Part shown: positions 1 through 12,284 of the stretch, piece by piece | How the letters are laid out: each line of letters begins with the position of its first letter | Numbering within the stretch: position 1 is the first letter of the stretch | From: Octopus sinensis | Taxonomy: Eukaryota | Direction of reading: 5' to 3' | Assembly: GCF_006345805.1 (NCBI RefSeq) | Contig: NC_043005.1 | Span: 31,372,001-31,436,000, forward strand | Length of the DNA stretch: 64,000 nucleotides | Made by a program: the position numbers and the translations under genes | The notes under the pieces: model-generated | Database searches by the model: none | What the model was told of the DNA's origin: nothing | What the model saw: only the letters and a program-made list of their open reading frames with translations

Positions 1-490
1 TTCCATCCACTAGGCTGTAATGAGTGCCGGCCTGGAGCTGATGCAGCCCTTTCTCTATCTATCACATCCTGGATGTTCTACTAGGTCAAGAGTGAGGGTA
101 TAGAGGGGTGTCTATGTTTGTCTTCTATGACCTACATGCTTAAAGCAATTAGTGAAAGTATGGTGCATGTTACCAAGCAATGCACTTATCCAGCTGACTT
201 ACTCATGCATGTGAAACTTTTTACTCTCACATTTGATAAAATTTACTCAGTGGACACATCACATTTCATACACCTATTCCACTTTAATTAACATTTGGAC
301 AATGTTTGGAACAAGAAATACCACACCCCTCAGAAGATTACAACTATCAATCGCATTTTTACTAAAATGAAAAACAATGTAGTTTACATCAGTTTTTACT
401 CCATTGGTCGATTTAGTTTGATATATAGTGCAAGCAATGGATAATGTATGGGGTATTTTCTTTGTCCTTGCTGAATATTGAAGATGCACA
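1..490 (-). mobile_element. Highly degenerate non-LTR retrotransposon RT fragment (RTE-like)
   Basis: Minus-strand ORF 274-489 contains YIVFHFSKNAIDS, resembling the RT motif FIDFSKAFDS. Downstream frameshifted sequence resembles the GD(T)LAPY(L)F motif. Confidence 0.4.
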
Positions 491-888
491 TGTAAACGAC
501 GTACAACACATAATTGCGAAGTATATGTATAAACGAAAGAAAATATATTGGAATAGCAAAGCTTATTAGATACTTCTCTTTACTGGTGTAATTAATGTGA
601 CAGAAAACAATCGATAAAACAGTTTTCTTGGCACAAGACTGCTAATTCTACTGACGGAATTGCTTTGTTGTGGCCGAAATGTTACCAGTGTCGGCAGGGA
701 AAGAGGTAGTGAGGGTATGATCACTAATTAATTCATCATCAAATTCTAAAAGTAAACAATTTAACAACCAATCTATTAGTCTGATCGATGAATTCAAAGT
801 CTAAGCAGATATCTAAACTCGTGATTGATTTGATCGTGAAGCCGATACCATGCTGAAGACAGCTGTATATAACATCACGTACCTTGAA

Positions 889-918
889 TGTATGTATGTA
901 TGTATGTATACACACACG

Positions 919-990
<72 letters not shown>
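889..990. repeat. Compound microsatellite (TATG)n-(CA)n-(TA)n
   Basis: Read directly from the sequence. Confidence 0.95.
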
Positions 991-991
<1 letters not shown>

Positions 992-2592
992 TTGATTAAC
1001 GAGAGACGGAAGATGGAAGGTATGAGAATTTTTATTAATCACTATAATTGTTTCAACTCATCCATCCCTCACGAGTGGAATAATTAACATCTTGTTCAGG
1101 AGCGTCCACTCTCTTCGAGTGATCTAACTCGTTAAAATAACAGCTCCGCAGAGTATCTTCTCAGTTCATGTAAAGAAAAACAGAAACTTAAAGGATATAG
1201 CCTCATTTATGAAGAAAATCAATATGTGACTCATGAGTGCGTTAAAAGATTATCATTAACTATCATACTCGTGTCGTCAAAAATACCGACAGTTTTATTA
1301 AAGACGGAAAACCAACACAATGGGAAAAACCATAGACAAAGGTCAGTAATCTAGTAAATATGTGTATATACACAGAATTGAAGAATCAGATACTGTTATA
1401 CTGTCGCATATTTATATGATCCAGCAACAGCTTTTTAAATATTATTTATATAATATTATTATATTTGGAGACGTCATTTGTTTGCCAATAAACATACGCA
1501 CTATATATTCGTTTTCCACTTAAAATTTATTTTATTACTGTTCACATTGTATGTCCTTTGCCTGAAAATCTTTCGTCACACATCCTGTGACCTCTTCAGT
1601 GACTCTCGTTCCCACGCCTCTCCTCCCGTTCTGTTTAGTCCATTTTATCTTTCTATTGTGTGTCTCCATATTTGCGCATGCATTTGCGTCTGTATCTTTG
1701 TATGTGCGTGCACATGTGCGCGCGCGCATGTACGCCTGTCTATGTGTTCTGTATGCTTGTTTCTTTTGTGTATATCGTTTTGCTTGCAACAGTGTTTGTA
1801 TCTGCGTCCCTTATTTAGTTTTTATCATTTATTTACTTATTTATCTCTCTATTTTCCCTTCCTCTTCGACTTAGGTTATGTGTATGTGTGCCTTTTGTGT
1901 GTGTATATGAGTTTATGTATTATACGGTTTGAATCTGTCTTTTCCCCCATTCCAATTTTAGTCGTCATGTTTCATAGTGTAGCGGTGGGAGTGGTACTGT
2001 TCCATTATTGTTTTTTGTTGAGGCTCGGTCAGTCTATTACTATGTGTGCCACCTCTGTATTGTGTCTAAGTGTCGTGTCTGTTCCATACGTTGATAATAT
2101 ATCAATATCTATGTAATTAACCGAGCCTCTATATTCACCTGTCTAGGAACATAGCCTTCGCAAATTCTGAAAAATATTATGGACTGTATATTTAATAAAA
2201 TGTATATGTCTGAATAGCTCAAGACCGGATAATATACTCACCTGGGTCTAATTGTCTGCATGCACTGCAGGAATATCATTTTGCTAGTACTTCTGTACCA
2301 AGTTTGATATTTGCATAATATACTGTGTACATATGGTATTCCGTGCTAACGAAGTGCCTCAACTGAATCTTTTATGATATATATATGTATATATATATAT
2401 ATATATATATTTATAAAAATATGGTAAAGTAAAAAAATTCACTTTACCGCACACCGAACTTTTCAGAAATAGCAGCCAAAAATTGGGCTATTTCTTCAAC
2501 TGCAAGTAAAATTCTCCAGACAATGCATACTCAGAAAATAACTCACATAGGTATAAGGGAAAAACAATAAAAGATCACATCCATATAAGATA

Positions 2593-2654
2593 CCCGAGAA
2601 CAGCCTGTTTCTGGATTCGTGGGTTAAACGCCACTTTTCCTTCATCAGCTCAGA
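2593..2654 (-). ncRNA. Candidate minimal type I hammerhead ribozyme (copy 1)
   Basis: Minus strand: UCUGAG-CUGAUGA-A-GGA(AAA)GUGG..CCAC(GAA)UCC-A-GAA-ACAG G CUGU-U-CUCGGG. Stems I, II and III can all pair; there are atypical extra As at the base of stem II. Confidence 0.5.
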
Positions 2655-3152
2655 GATTTCTTCTGATTTGGATTTGAAAATACTAAGAACCAAACATACC
2701 TATCCGATATCTGTAACATCGGACAAACTATGCTGGACACCCAGTACTAGCGAATCCAAAAATACAAATGAGATCTATTATTCTCCCTGTCCACCCACGT
2801 GAGTCATAGAGTAGTGCATTTCTACAGAGGCGAAAACTGTAGTTCAAATTCTTGGAGAGAAAGCATTATATTGTCAGTAAAAAAGGGTAGAATTAATTAA
2901 TTGTTAATCAATTCGACCAAGCAGTATTCGGTATGTAAAAGGACCATTTACGGTATATTTGAAGTATTAATTTATAAAAATATGGTAAAGTAAAAAAATT
3001 CACTTTACCGCACACCGAACTTTTCGGAAATAGCAGCCAAAAATTTGGCTATTTCTTCAACTGCAAGTATAATTCTCCAGACAATGCATACTCAGAAAAT
3101 AACTCACATAGGTATAAGGGAAAAACAATAAAAATCACATCCATATAAGATA

Positions 3153-3214
3153 CCCGAGAACAGCCTGTTTCTGGATTCGTGGGTTAAACGCCACTTTTCC
3201 TTCATCAGCTCAGA
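3153..3214 (-). ncRNA. Candidate minimal type I hammerhead ribozyme (copy 2)
   Basis: Sequence identical to 2593-2654. Confidence 0.5.
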
Positions 3215-3409
3215 GATTTCTTCTGATTTGGATTTGAAAATACTAAGAACCAAACATACCTATCCGATATCTGTAACATCGGACAAACTATGCTGGACAC
3301 CCAGTACTAGCGAATCCAAAAATACAAATGAGATCTATTATTCTCCCTGTCCACAATATTAACTGAAAGTTCGGTGTGCGATAAAGTGAATTTTATATAT
3401 ATATATATA

Positions 3410-4042
3410 CTAGCAGTATCGCCCGGCGTTGCTCGGGTTTGTAAGGGAAATAACTATATAAGCATTTTTAGAGAGTTATAGCCAAAAATAGCAAAAACTG
3501 CATTAAAAATGGAAAAAATATGATGGTAAATTTTTTTTTAAATCGTTGACTCATCGTAGACATTTTTAGAGAGTTACTTCCCTATATAATAGCGAAAAAA
3601 TGCATTAAAAATGGAAAAAAAACGATGGTAAATTTTTTTTTAAATCGTAGACTCATGTAGACGCTTTCTTAGCCATTTCTGTTTTGGTGTCTTCAAGCCA
3701 TGAAATCGTTGTTCTAAAAGAACACTGGTCTCCTTGACAACGCATTACGACGTTGATTTCCTTACACTCCCTTCCCCACAGGTGCAGGTGTGAGCGTGGA
3801 CGCCAACTCCGCCGCCATCGACACACGAAAAATTATGCATTAAAATGGAATAAAAAATGATGTTAAATTATTTTTAAAATCGTAGACTCATCGTAGACGC
3901 GCGCTAATATTCAGACGGGCTCGATATGAATCACGACTATAAGCTACCCGAATTTGGTTAAACTGTACCGCAAAATGTGGGAGTAGTAGGAATCTAAATC
4001 GAAGGGGACAGACACTCACACAACTACAGTTTTATATATAGA
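3410..4042 (-). mobile_element. Non-autonomous Helitron
   Basis: Minus strand starts A|TCTATATATAAAA and ends CCCGAGCAACGCCGGG hairpin ... CTAG|T, with no TSD. A second copy lies at 24635-25034. Confidence 0.8.
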
Positions 4043-4059
4043 TATACATAGCGCAGTAG

Positions 4060-4385
4060 TGGTGAGATATAACAGCAAAGAAAAGCATACATTCACTCTC
4101 TGCATGCAATTAGACTCGGAAAGTTCGTGAGGAACCCATTGACCCAATTTGCTGACTTTTCCGATAGCACACAGGTGTCAATGAATGGTTGAATGACCAA
4201 ATCCAAGCTTCTCTGCTAGTTCCTCAACAGTTACGATGATATTTTGTTCCACCAGGGTTTTCAGGATGTCCTTGTCGAGTTCTACAGATCTTTCAGGATG
4301 AGGCTCGTCTTCTAGGCTGTAGTTTATGGCTCGGGATTTCTGGAACCACATTGACACTGCCTTACGCTTATTGTCCAATCCCCAT
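4060..4385 (-). mobile_element. Mariner transposase fragment (HTH region)
   Basis: ORF 4178-4378 gives LEDEPHPERSVELDKDILKTLVEQN..TVEELAEKLGFGHSTIH, continuing past a stop to GKVSKLGQWVPHELSE (mariner WVPHEL motif). Confidence 0.8.
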
Positions 4386-4479
4386 ATACTGCATTAATAT
4401 TTCTTGTACTTTGCACACATTTATATTCTGTTATTCTTTTATATGTTTCAGCCTTGAGGGTTGGTGGCATGCTGGATCA

Positions 4480-4810
4480 TGTGTGTGTGTGTGTGTGTGT
4501 GTGTGTCTATCTGTCTGTCTGTCTGTATGTATATATGTATATGTATGTGTGTGAACAATAATATTTTCAACAGATGTGTTGCAAATGTATCTGATTGTTC
4601 TCAAGCTTCAATACTGTGTGTGTGTATGTGTGTGTGTGTATGTATGTATGTATATGTATGTATGTATGTATATGTATGCATGTGTATGTATGTATGTGTG
4701 TATGTATGTATGTGTGTGGTATGTGTGTGTGGTATGTATGTATGTATGTATGTATGTATGTATGTATGTATGTATGTATGTATGTATGTATGTATGTATG
4801 AGTGTATGTT
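4480..4810. repeat. Compound (GT)n/(TATG)n microsatellite
   Basis: Read directly from the sequence; it generates the spurious CV/MYV ORFs. Confidence 0.95.
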
Positions 4811-4929
4811 TACTTTATTACTAATTACTCTCTTCCAAGAACATTTTCACTCACTCTTAGCTCTTAGCTTCCCATACATTTTACTCATGTATCTATCAGC
4901 GTCATAGACAGAATACTTTCACTTTAGTC

Positions 4930-5223
4930 TTCCTCAAATCACTCTGTCGCTATTTACTTTCATTTTATTCGTTGCCCACTGTGTGTGTGCGTTTGCGTGT
5001 GGTGTAAACCAGACTAAGAAAAGCATTTGACACACACACCAGAATGTGAGTTTTCTGTAAATTTTGCTTAATTGGAGTTTAAATTTTAAAAACTGGACCT
5101 GGCATGACGCGATACATTGTACTCTCAAAATGCTAGGTAAATTGTAATTGAAGAAATCCTATATTGTAGATTTGTATAACTCCCAAAGGGAGGCAGATAA
5201 AATCTGCCTTTTATAATAAGAGA
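4930..5223 (-). mobile_element. 5' portion of another non-autonomous Helitron-like element
   Basis: Minus strand begins A|TCTCTTATTATAAAA followed by a GGCAGAT-TTT-ATCTGCC hairpin. No 3' CTAG end found. Confidence 0.45.
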
Positions 5224-5386
5224 TACATATTATATATAATATATATATAGAGATATATATATATAGATATATATATCTATATGTATATGTATATATATAT
5301 ATATGTATGTATATGTATATATATATGTGTATCTATATATAGTTATGTGTGTGTGTTGTGTATGTCTTTTGTCTGTGTTTTTCTTT

Positions 5387-5571
5387 CCATCACCACTCGA
5401 CAGCCGATGTTGGTGTTACATCCCCGTTAGCAAGCGGTTCGGCGAAAGAAACCAAGAGAATAAGTATTAGGCTTAAAAAATAAGTCATGGGGTCGATTTG
5501 CTCGACTAAAACCCTTCAAGGCGGTGCTCCAACATGGTTGCAGTCAACTGGTTGAAACAAGTGAAAGAATA
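5387..5571 (+). mobile_element. SINE family A, 3' part
   Basis: Matches the tails of the copies at 10134, 13795 and 20324 (gcggttcggc.aaaga, ggggtcgatttgctcgactaaa, ggcggtgctcc). Confidence 0.7.
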
Positions 5572-5576
5572 TAACA

Positions 5577-5620
<44 letters not shown>

Positions 5621-5633
5621 TGTATATATATAT

Positions 5634-5687
<54 letters not shown>

Positions 5688-5810
5688 CGGATAACTGAAG
5701 AGATGGCGGCGTGGATTTCCACCTCGGCATCCGAAACTCGGAGTTTTATCATGGCTACCGAATAATTGTCACATATTACATTTACATGTGTGTGTGTGTG
5801 TGTGCGCGTG

Positions 5811-5845
<35 letters not shown>

Positions 5846-7109
5846 GTATGTATTGAGACTATCCCCCTCCCCCAAAATTCCGGGCCTTGTGCCTTTAGTA
5901 GAAAAGATTATTTTATCAGGCTACATTTTGAAATATTGAATTTAAGTTACAACCAAATGAAAACAATTCTGAAATTTTAAGCATATTCTGGTTCAAGAGA
6001 GTGCGGTGTTTACATGCTGCTATTCTACAATCTAGAAAACAGGAGTTGGTCATGCGAGAAAACAAAACAATTATTTTCGTTTTTATTAGATAGGTGTGAA
6101 ATTGCTGCAAATTTAAAATAATCTGTTGCGCATGTCAAAAAAAGAAATTACGCCAAAATTTTAAATCAAATTCTGATAAAAAAATACTCAACAAAACATT
6201 TCTTTTTTAAAGGAGTCATGTTCTCTAAAATATATTCTTTATAGTCATCAGTATTTTTTATATCTTTTCTTTCTGCTATTACATACCAATATTTTTGTTA
6301 CATTACAGAACTAAATAACTGATATTGATTTTTCAATGATATCTGAATGAACAGGAATAAATGCAGTACATACATTACAATACAACAAATTGGTGATCAA
6401 ACAGGATTTTAATGGAAAATATTGTTCATTATATATATTTTTTTGCAATGAATCTTCTCAGCGTTATAAAGATAACATATGAATTAGTAATCCATCTTTG
6501 TGATTGATGGTTTCAGTTATTTCAGTCAGTTATTCTGGCTTACATTTATTCCGTTAACCTTCTCAAACTAAAACAAACAATTAGCTTCTTTCTTCTCAAA
6601 TCTTTCCTTCAAAACAAGTACTTTACCAAAGAGACTTCTTCACCACGAGATTTCAACAATATTAATTATCAAATAGCGTTCAAAATTTACTATTTCAGCA
6701 GAGATGACAACTGATAGTATTTATAGATGTTATACTGATTTGTGACATTAGTGAAATATCGTAGATTGGGGAGGAAGGTTTAATTTAATTGACTTTGCGT
6801 AAATGAAGCATTAAGTGACACTGACAGCATTTAAACTTAGGCCGAAAATTGACGTAAATGAATAGAACAAAAGGTTTTGTCGACACCACCAAATTTGCCA
6901 AACCATATCTCTTTTTATATAAGCTATTTTGATTATTTCTCATAGGTACAAAACTTCAATACTGATTACATTGACCCCAAAGATACTTTCTTTTGGCGAC
7001 CTTGGAGAAAGAAAGTTGACATGGTGAGATTCAAGCTAAAAATGTGATGTTATCTTTGCAAGCTCTGCTGGTTTTGCCAGTGCATCAGCTTATATTTTTT
7101 CCTTTTAAG

Positions 7110-7318
7110 TATAGGTACAAAGCTAGAAATTTGGGGAGAGGGGGATAGTCGATTACATTGACCCTAGTGTTTCACTGATACTTTTTTATTGACCCCGAAA
7201 AAATGGAAATTAAAATAGATATCGGCGGAATTCGAACTCAGAAAGTAACACAGGAAGAAATTCCGCTAAATATTTCTCTCCGGTGAAGTAATACATCTGC
7301 CAAGTCGCTGCCTTAATA
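7110..7318 (-). mobile_element. SINE family B (tRNA-derived)
   Basis: Reverse complement matches the 33676-33890 family (ctgagttcgaattccgccg, ggggtcaatgtaatcgactatcccc). Confidence 0.6.
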
Positions 7319-7494
7319 CTCATATTAAGTTAACTGTTTCTAATTTGAGCATACAGACCAGCAGGCCTGATGGGAAGGGTTAGTCGATCAAATCTACTCC
7401 AGGTTTTGACACAGACTTTATTTTGTTGACCCCCACCCAAAATGGAGAACATTCAATTCGAGTTCTCTAAATTTGATTCTGTTTCAAGGTGAAC

Positions 7495-7571
7495 ACACAC
7501 ATCGCCCGGTCTGAGATTCGAAACATCGACCGTGAGTTCGCTGCTGTAACCACTAGGCCATGTGCCTCCAC
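7495..7571 (-). mobile_element. tRNA-derived SINE head fragment (third family)
   Basis: Minus strand tggaggcacatggcctagtggtta... contains an A-box-like TGGCCTAGTGG and a degenerate B box. Confidence 0.45.
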
Positions 7572-7890
7572 TACATTAGCTATAACACATAGAGATTGCA
7601 TATTCTAAATGTAGTTCATGAAAATTATATATGGCAGTCTTCGGGTAGGTGTAAATGGAGTAATTAGAAGATATATCAATAATTTTAATGATTACGTTAA
7701 TATTTTAAAGCGGAATTTTTTTCTATTTTATGGCTAAAGACAGTAAGTTTTCCGAGTTGCCTAGATATCGTTTACACTTCATTGTATAAACATATTTACA
7801 CATTTATCCCGTCGTTTTTATTGTAAACGTAAGTTGTGAGTTCAAAATAAAGTGAGCAATCCCATAAATCTAATATCATTTTATAGCTTA

Positions 7891-8699
7891 CTAGCAAACG
7901 TATCCGGCGTTGCTGGGTTAAGAAAAGAATGAAATTTCATTCTCTAAACTTGATATATTTTCTTAATATTTATTGTGATTAGTGATTCTGACATTACTGG
8001 CATAACAAATTCTGTGGGATCAACAATAATAATAAACTTGAAACAGGAAGTACATACAAGCAAATTATTATAAAACTTCTTTATATAAAATACTAGCAAA
8101 TGCACTCATCCTTTCTACTGTTTAAGTTGCTTTGGTGGTATTTGTTTCACCAAATAATTGAACTACCGAGAAGGTTTATGAGTAGCACAGCAATCAATGC
8201 TTCCGATTAACCTAGGAACGGAAAATCAAATTGAAGGTTGGTTATAGTGGAGGTCGTTGCACTTTAATGATCATAGACTATATAAGTTTGCAAGCGATGC
8301 AAAGTAAAGTTACTGAAGTGCTTCGGGAGTAGATTACGGATAATGACTACAAAATATAATTGTTTTACATGAAAGCAAAATTTCTTGTCAGAAACAGCCA
8401 CATAAATGGTGTAATGAAATTGAAGGAAGACGTTGGAACTTCTCCTCAGCGAATTTATTTTTCTTGAACAGCAAAGGGAGCTATTTCTTCGGAGATATAA
8501 GATAACAAAAGCCCCTTCATTATGTCTTCCCGCATAGCCTGCTCATTAACTAACAGCAAATGGTGCATAAATTTAAATTGATATGGAGCTTTCTGAAAGA
8601 TACGTATAGGTTTCGCTAGTGGAAGCAAAACTCTTATTTAAATGTTGTTTCTTTGGGATGAGTCATTTGTGATTGTTTACAAAAGGCTAGAACAACATT

Positions 8700-8747
<48 letters not shown>

Positions 8748-10130
8748 TTCAATTTTATAGATATTAGATTATGCGTTTCTTTTCTCAATGGAGTATAATT
8801 AAAAACATTTTTTGGACGTCCAACATGTGAGCGTCCAATATGCAATTGTTCATGAGAGAAACAAGGCTCCTACTAATTGCAAACCACTTACTAATAATGT
8901 TCGTAGATGGACATTGCAAAATTTAGTCTAATTGGAAACTGTGGCCTTCTAAACTGTACTGGTAAGTCAGAAACTATTAACGGAATTCTTGAAATGAATT
9001 TAGTATCACAAGCATAACACCCAGAAAATATTGTAGCAACTAGAGCACACAATATTTTCTTCTCAATAAGCCTTGTTCCATTGCACAATTTTGGAGGGTC
9101 TAAATCTCTTAGAAGTATTATCTAAATTTCTTAGAAGCACTATGATAATTGCTCCAAGTTTCAAGTCAAGTTTATTACAAGATAAAGCTGGTGATAAGTT
9201 TAAACACTCGACTGGATAATTTACGATTTCTAATTGATCAACAACAGATTCAATAGATCTTTATGATTGGCAATTCCCAGGAAGGCATATTAGCAGAGCT
9301 AAGTTAATTGCATTCGCTGTTATATTCTTTGGAGCGAGAATTGACCTTTCACTCAACCGTTTGTGATCTTTGTAAGGTGCACAGAGATTTGGCAAGACTT
9401 GGTTGATGAATTCTTTTTCTGATTTCACCATTCTGCAAGTAGTTGATTAATTTCATTGTCTACAGGTACTTTTCCTTCTCTCCTCTCAAAGATTCTGGAT
9501 GCTCAGTAATAGTTTCAACTTGATCTTTCCATTTGAATAGCACCATACCAATTTTTTCTTGTTCATTGATGAAATTTGAATTAAGGGTTCTAGATCTTAG
9601 TCTTGATGTGGATTATAATTAAAAGCAGGAAAATTCCACTCAACAACCTTTTTAAATCGCAATTCTTCTGTTCTTGCTCTCTGTTCACATAGCCTTTTAA
9701 TTATTTGAGCTTCAGCTTCTTCAAGCCGCCTTTGAGCTGCTCCATTTTTCTTCATTTGCAGTTTTGGATGTGTTTCTTGCTTATGATTCTACATCATGAT
9801 AATTTGTCTTCTTAATCCTATTATCAGTAAGTCTATGGTAGCATTGCTCATCTGATTCATCATGTTGATTCTGTGCACTTCTTATTCTTGTTCATGAAGC
9901 CTTGGTGCTCTTTGTACATCTGATTAATCTTGTCGATTCTGTGCTCTTCTAATTCTTAGTTCTTGAAACCTTGATGATTTATTTTGTTGATTCTGTTCGT
10001 CGCTTAGTCTTTCTTCTTGAAGTTTTGATGTTCTCAGTACATTTCATTCAAGTTCTGTTCTGTGTAGTTCTAATTCTTTGGTATTGATCTATGATCTTCG
10101 CACATCTAATTCTTCTTGATGAATAGTTGT
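7891..10130 (-). mobile_element. Degenerate autonomous Helitron (RepHel relic, Rep domain deleted)
   Basis: N-terminal FPAFNYNP..SNGKIKL motif. Pif1 C-terminal motifs ERSILAPKN, CNGTRL, RIPLIVSDLPVQFRRPQFPIRLNFAMSI and PCFSHEQL. The 3' end has a hairpin plus CTAG|T at 7891. Confidence 0.85.
8093..8768 (-). mobile_element. Non-autonomous Helitron nested in the last codons of the RepHel helicase
   Basis: Termini A|TC ... CTAG|T. Removing it rejoins ACG CAT AA|T ATT TTA TAT AAA GAA GTT TTA TAA (THNILYKEVL*). Contains (GA)n at ~8702-8744. Confidence 0.8.
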
Positions 10131-10133
10131 ATA

Positions 10134-10430
10134 TGGCTGTGTGGGAAGTAGCTTGCTTACCAACCATATGGTCCTGGGTTCAGCCCCACTGTGTGGGGCA
10201 CCTTAGACAAGTGTATTCTGCTATAGCCTTGGGCCGGCCAAAGCCTTGTGAGTGGATATCGAAGACGGAAACTGAAAGAAGCCTGTCATAACTGATGCTG
10301 ATGTGTTTATGTGCCCGTAACTTAACAGTTCGCCCTAAGAAACTGATAGACTAAGTACTAGACTGGGGTCGATTTCTTCGACTAAAACCCCTAATGACTA
10401 AAGCAAGTAAAAATACATGAATAAAAGAAT
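10134..10430 (+). mobile_element. SINE family A (tRNA head, CORE-like domain)
   Basis: tggctgtgtgggaagtagcttgcttaccaacc..gggttcag; gcacctt.g.caagtg resembles the CORE-SINE motif. Confidence 0.75.
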
Positions 10431-10490
10431 ATATATATATATATATATATAATCAAAATAAGCAACATATAGATAGTGTGTGTGAGGTGG

Positions 10491-11263
10491 CTAGCAAGAT
10501 TTCCACCTATACAGGTACAATATAAAATAATTGAAGAAAAATAAGGGCAAAAAATACCTTTCGCTAAAAATCAAAGCGACAGCTTCAAAAAAACCACCAT
10601 CAATTTTACGATAAATACAAACATGAGCAAAGCAATGAACATTTTAAAAAATAGGCTTAGCTTCAGAATGCAGTACGAAGATAAATAATACATATCCCAA
10701 TATCAATTGATTTCATGCTCTGCATGACAAATATGCTCTGCAATCATCAGTTGGAAATAGTATTTCACATATATTTCTAAAATATTCACTACGTCAACTC
10801 GTGTGCGTTTCTAACTTTAAACGTCCCACTCCGTTTAAAAAGAAACTATCGTAAACAATAAAAATGCAAATATGTGAAGTATTATTACCATTATAAACAG
10901 TAAAAGTGATGTGTCTAGCAACATTTCTACCTATACAGGTACAATATAAAATAATTGAAGAAAAGAAGAGTAAAAAAATACGCCTTGCTAAAAAGAAAAG
11001 CGACAGCTTCAAAAAAGCCACCATCAATTTTACGATAAATACACACAAGAGCAATACAATGAACATTTTAAAAAATAAGCTTTCAGAATGGAATACGAAG
11101 ATAAATAATACATATCCCAATATCAATTGATAAAGTAAGCCTATTTTATAAAAATGCTCATTGCATTACTCGTGTGTGTATCTATCGTAAAATTGATGGT
11201 TTTTTGATGCTGTCGCTTTGATTTTTAGCAAGCGGTATTTTTACCCTTCTTTTCTTGAATTAT
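10491..11263. repeat. ~220-bp unit present twice in direct orientation and once inverted
   Basis: 10491-10711 matches 10915-11131; 11132-11263 is the reverse complement of the unit's first ~130 bp. Confidence 0.85.
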
Positions 11264-11264
11264 G

Positions 11265-11333
<69 letters not shown>

Positions 11334-11559
11334 GATTTATTTACCGGAATATTATGTTGATAAAGAAAATGGATCTTATGATTCTAATCCAGAAACGTAC
11401 GTCTATAATTAACCGAGGACTGTTTGATTTCATTATTTTTCTTCTTTTTTTTGCCATATGTGAGTTTCAAATATTGTTTGTGGAGACATATTTTTATAGA
11501 AAAAGGAAATAGTAGTCCTTTGGCTGCTATTTCTAAAATTTTCGGTATGTGGTCATGCA

Positions 11560-12218
11560 ACTTGTTGCAAACCCTTATTGAAGTTCCCTTCTCGAGTGTG
11601 GTTGAGCCTTTTCCCTTTTACCAAGCCACTGTTTACGACGTTTAACATTTCGATAGAAGATCCATTTTTCATCACCAGTCACAAAGAGGGTGAAATGAGG
11701 TCGCGAGAATGGTGAGAAGAGCAGATGCCAACTCGGGATTTGCGGTTGCTTTCGGACAATTCATAAGGTACGTATTTTCCAAGTTTAGGAACCTTTCCAA
11801 GTTGTTGAAGATGACGATGAACAGTTGTATGGTTTGAACTAAGCTTTAGTGCCAATTGTTCAACTGATAATGCAGGATTATCTTCAAGTAATGCCTCAAG
11901 GAGCTTATCATCAAACTCAACTGGATGTCCTTTTCCATGTCCTGAGTATATGTTTCGAGTCGCTTCGGCTCCAGAGTTTCCTTTTTTGTACTTATAAAGC
12001 ATTATGTGCCTCAAATGCTCTTTGGATACGTCCATGTTAGAAAGGGTTTTAATCAAAGAAATTTTAATTCTACTATTCTGTAAAATAATATTTATTTAGT
12101 TGAAATGTACACAAATGCATAAAAATAATTTTAATTCCATTAGACATTCTAAAACACTACTAAATTTCATTCAATTTTAAAAAGGGTAAAATCGGACAGA
12201 ACTTATGGGATGACCTAA
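11560..12218 (-). mobile_element. Mariner element, 5' TIR plus internally deleted transposase
   Basis: TA|TTAGGTCATCCCATAAGTTCTGTCCG terminus at ~12191-12218. ORF gives KEHLRHIMLYKYKKGNSGAEATRNI..GKYVPYELSE. Confidence 0.9.
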
Positions 12219-12229
12219 TATATATATAT

Positions 12230-12280
<51 letters not shown>

Positions 12281-12284
<4 letters not shown>

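Larger units (their letters stand above)
2411..3394 (-). mobile_element. Penelope-like pseudo-LTR / retrozyme-like tandem unit with short inverted terminal copy, inserted in (TA)n
   Basis: 2411-2794 is repeated at 2972-3354 (period ~560). 3363-3394 is an inverted copy of 2434-2466. Both flanks are (TA)n, and each repeat holds a hammerhead-like core. Confidence 0.6.

Noticed and set aside
1478-2116. 212-aa hydrophobic ORF
   Set aside because: Starts at TTG, has T/G-rich low complexity and no recognisable domain; most likely compositional read-through.
2411-3354. CRISPR-like repeat array
   Set aside because: Only two long repeats without a repeat-spacer pattern, in eukaryotic context with no cas genes.
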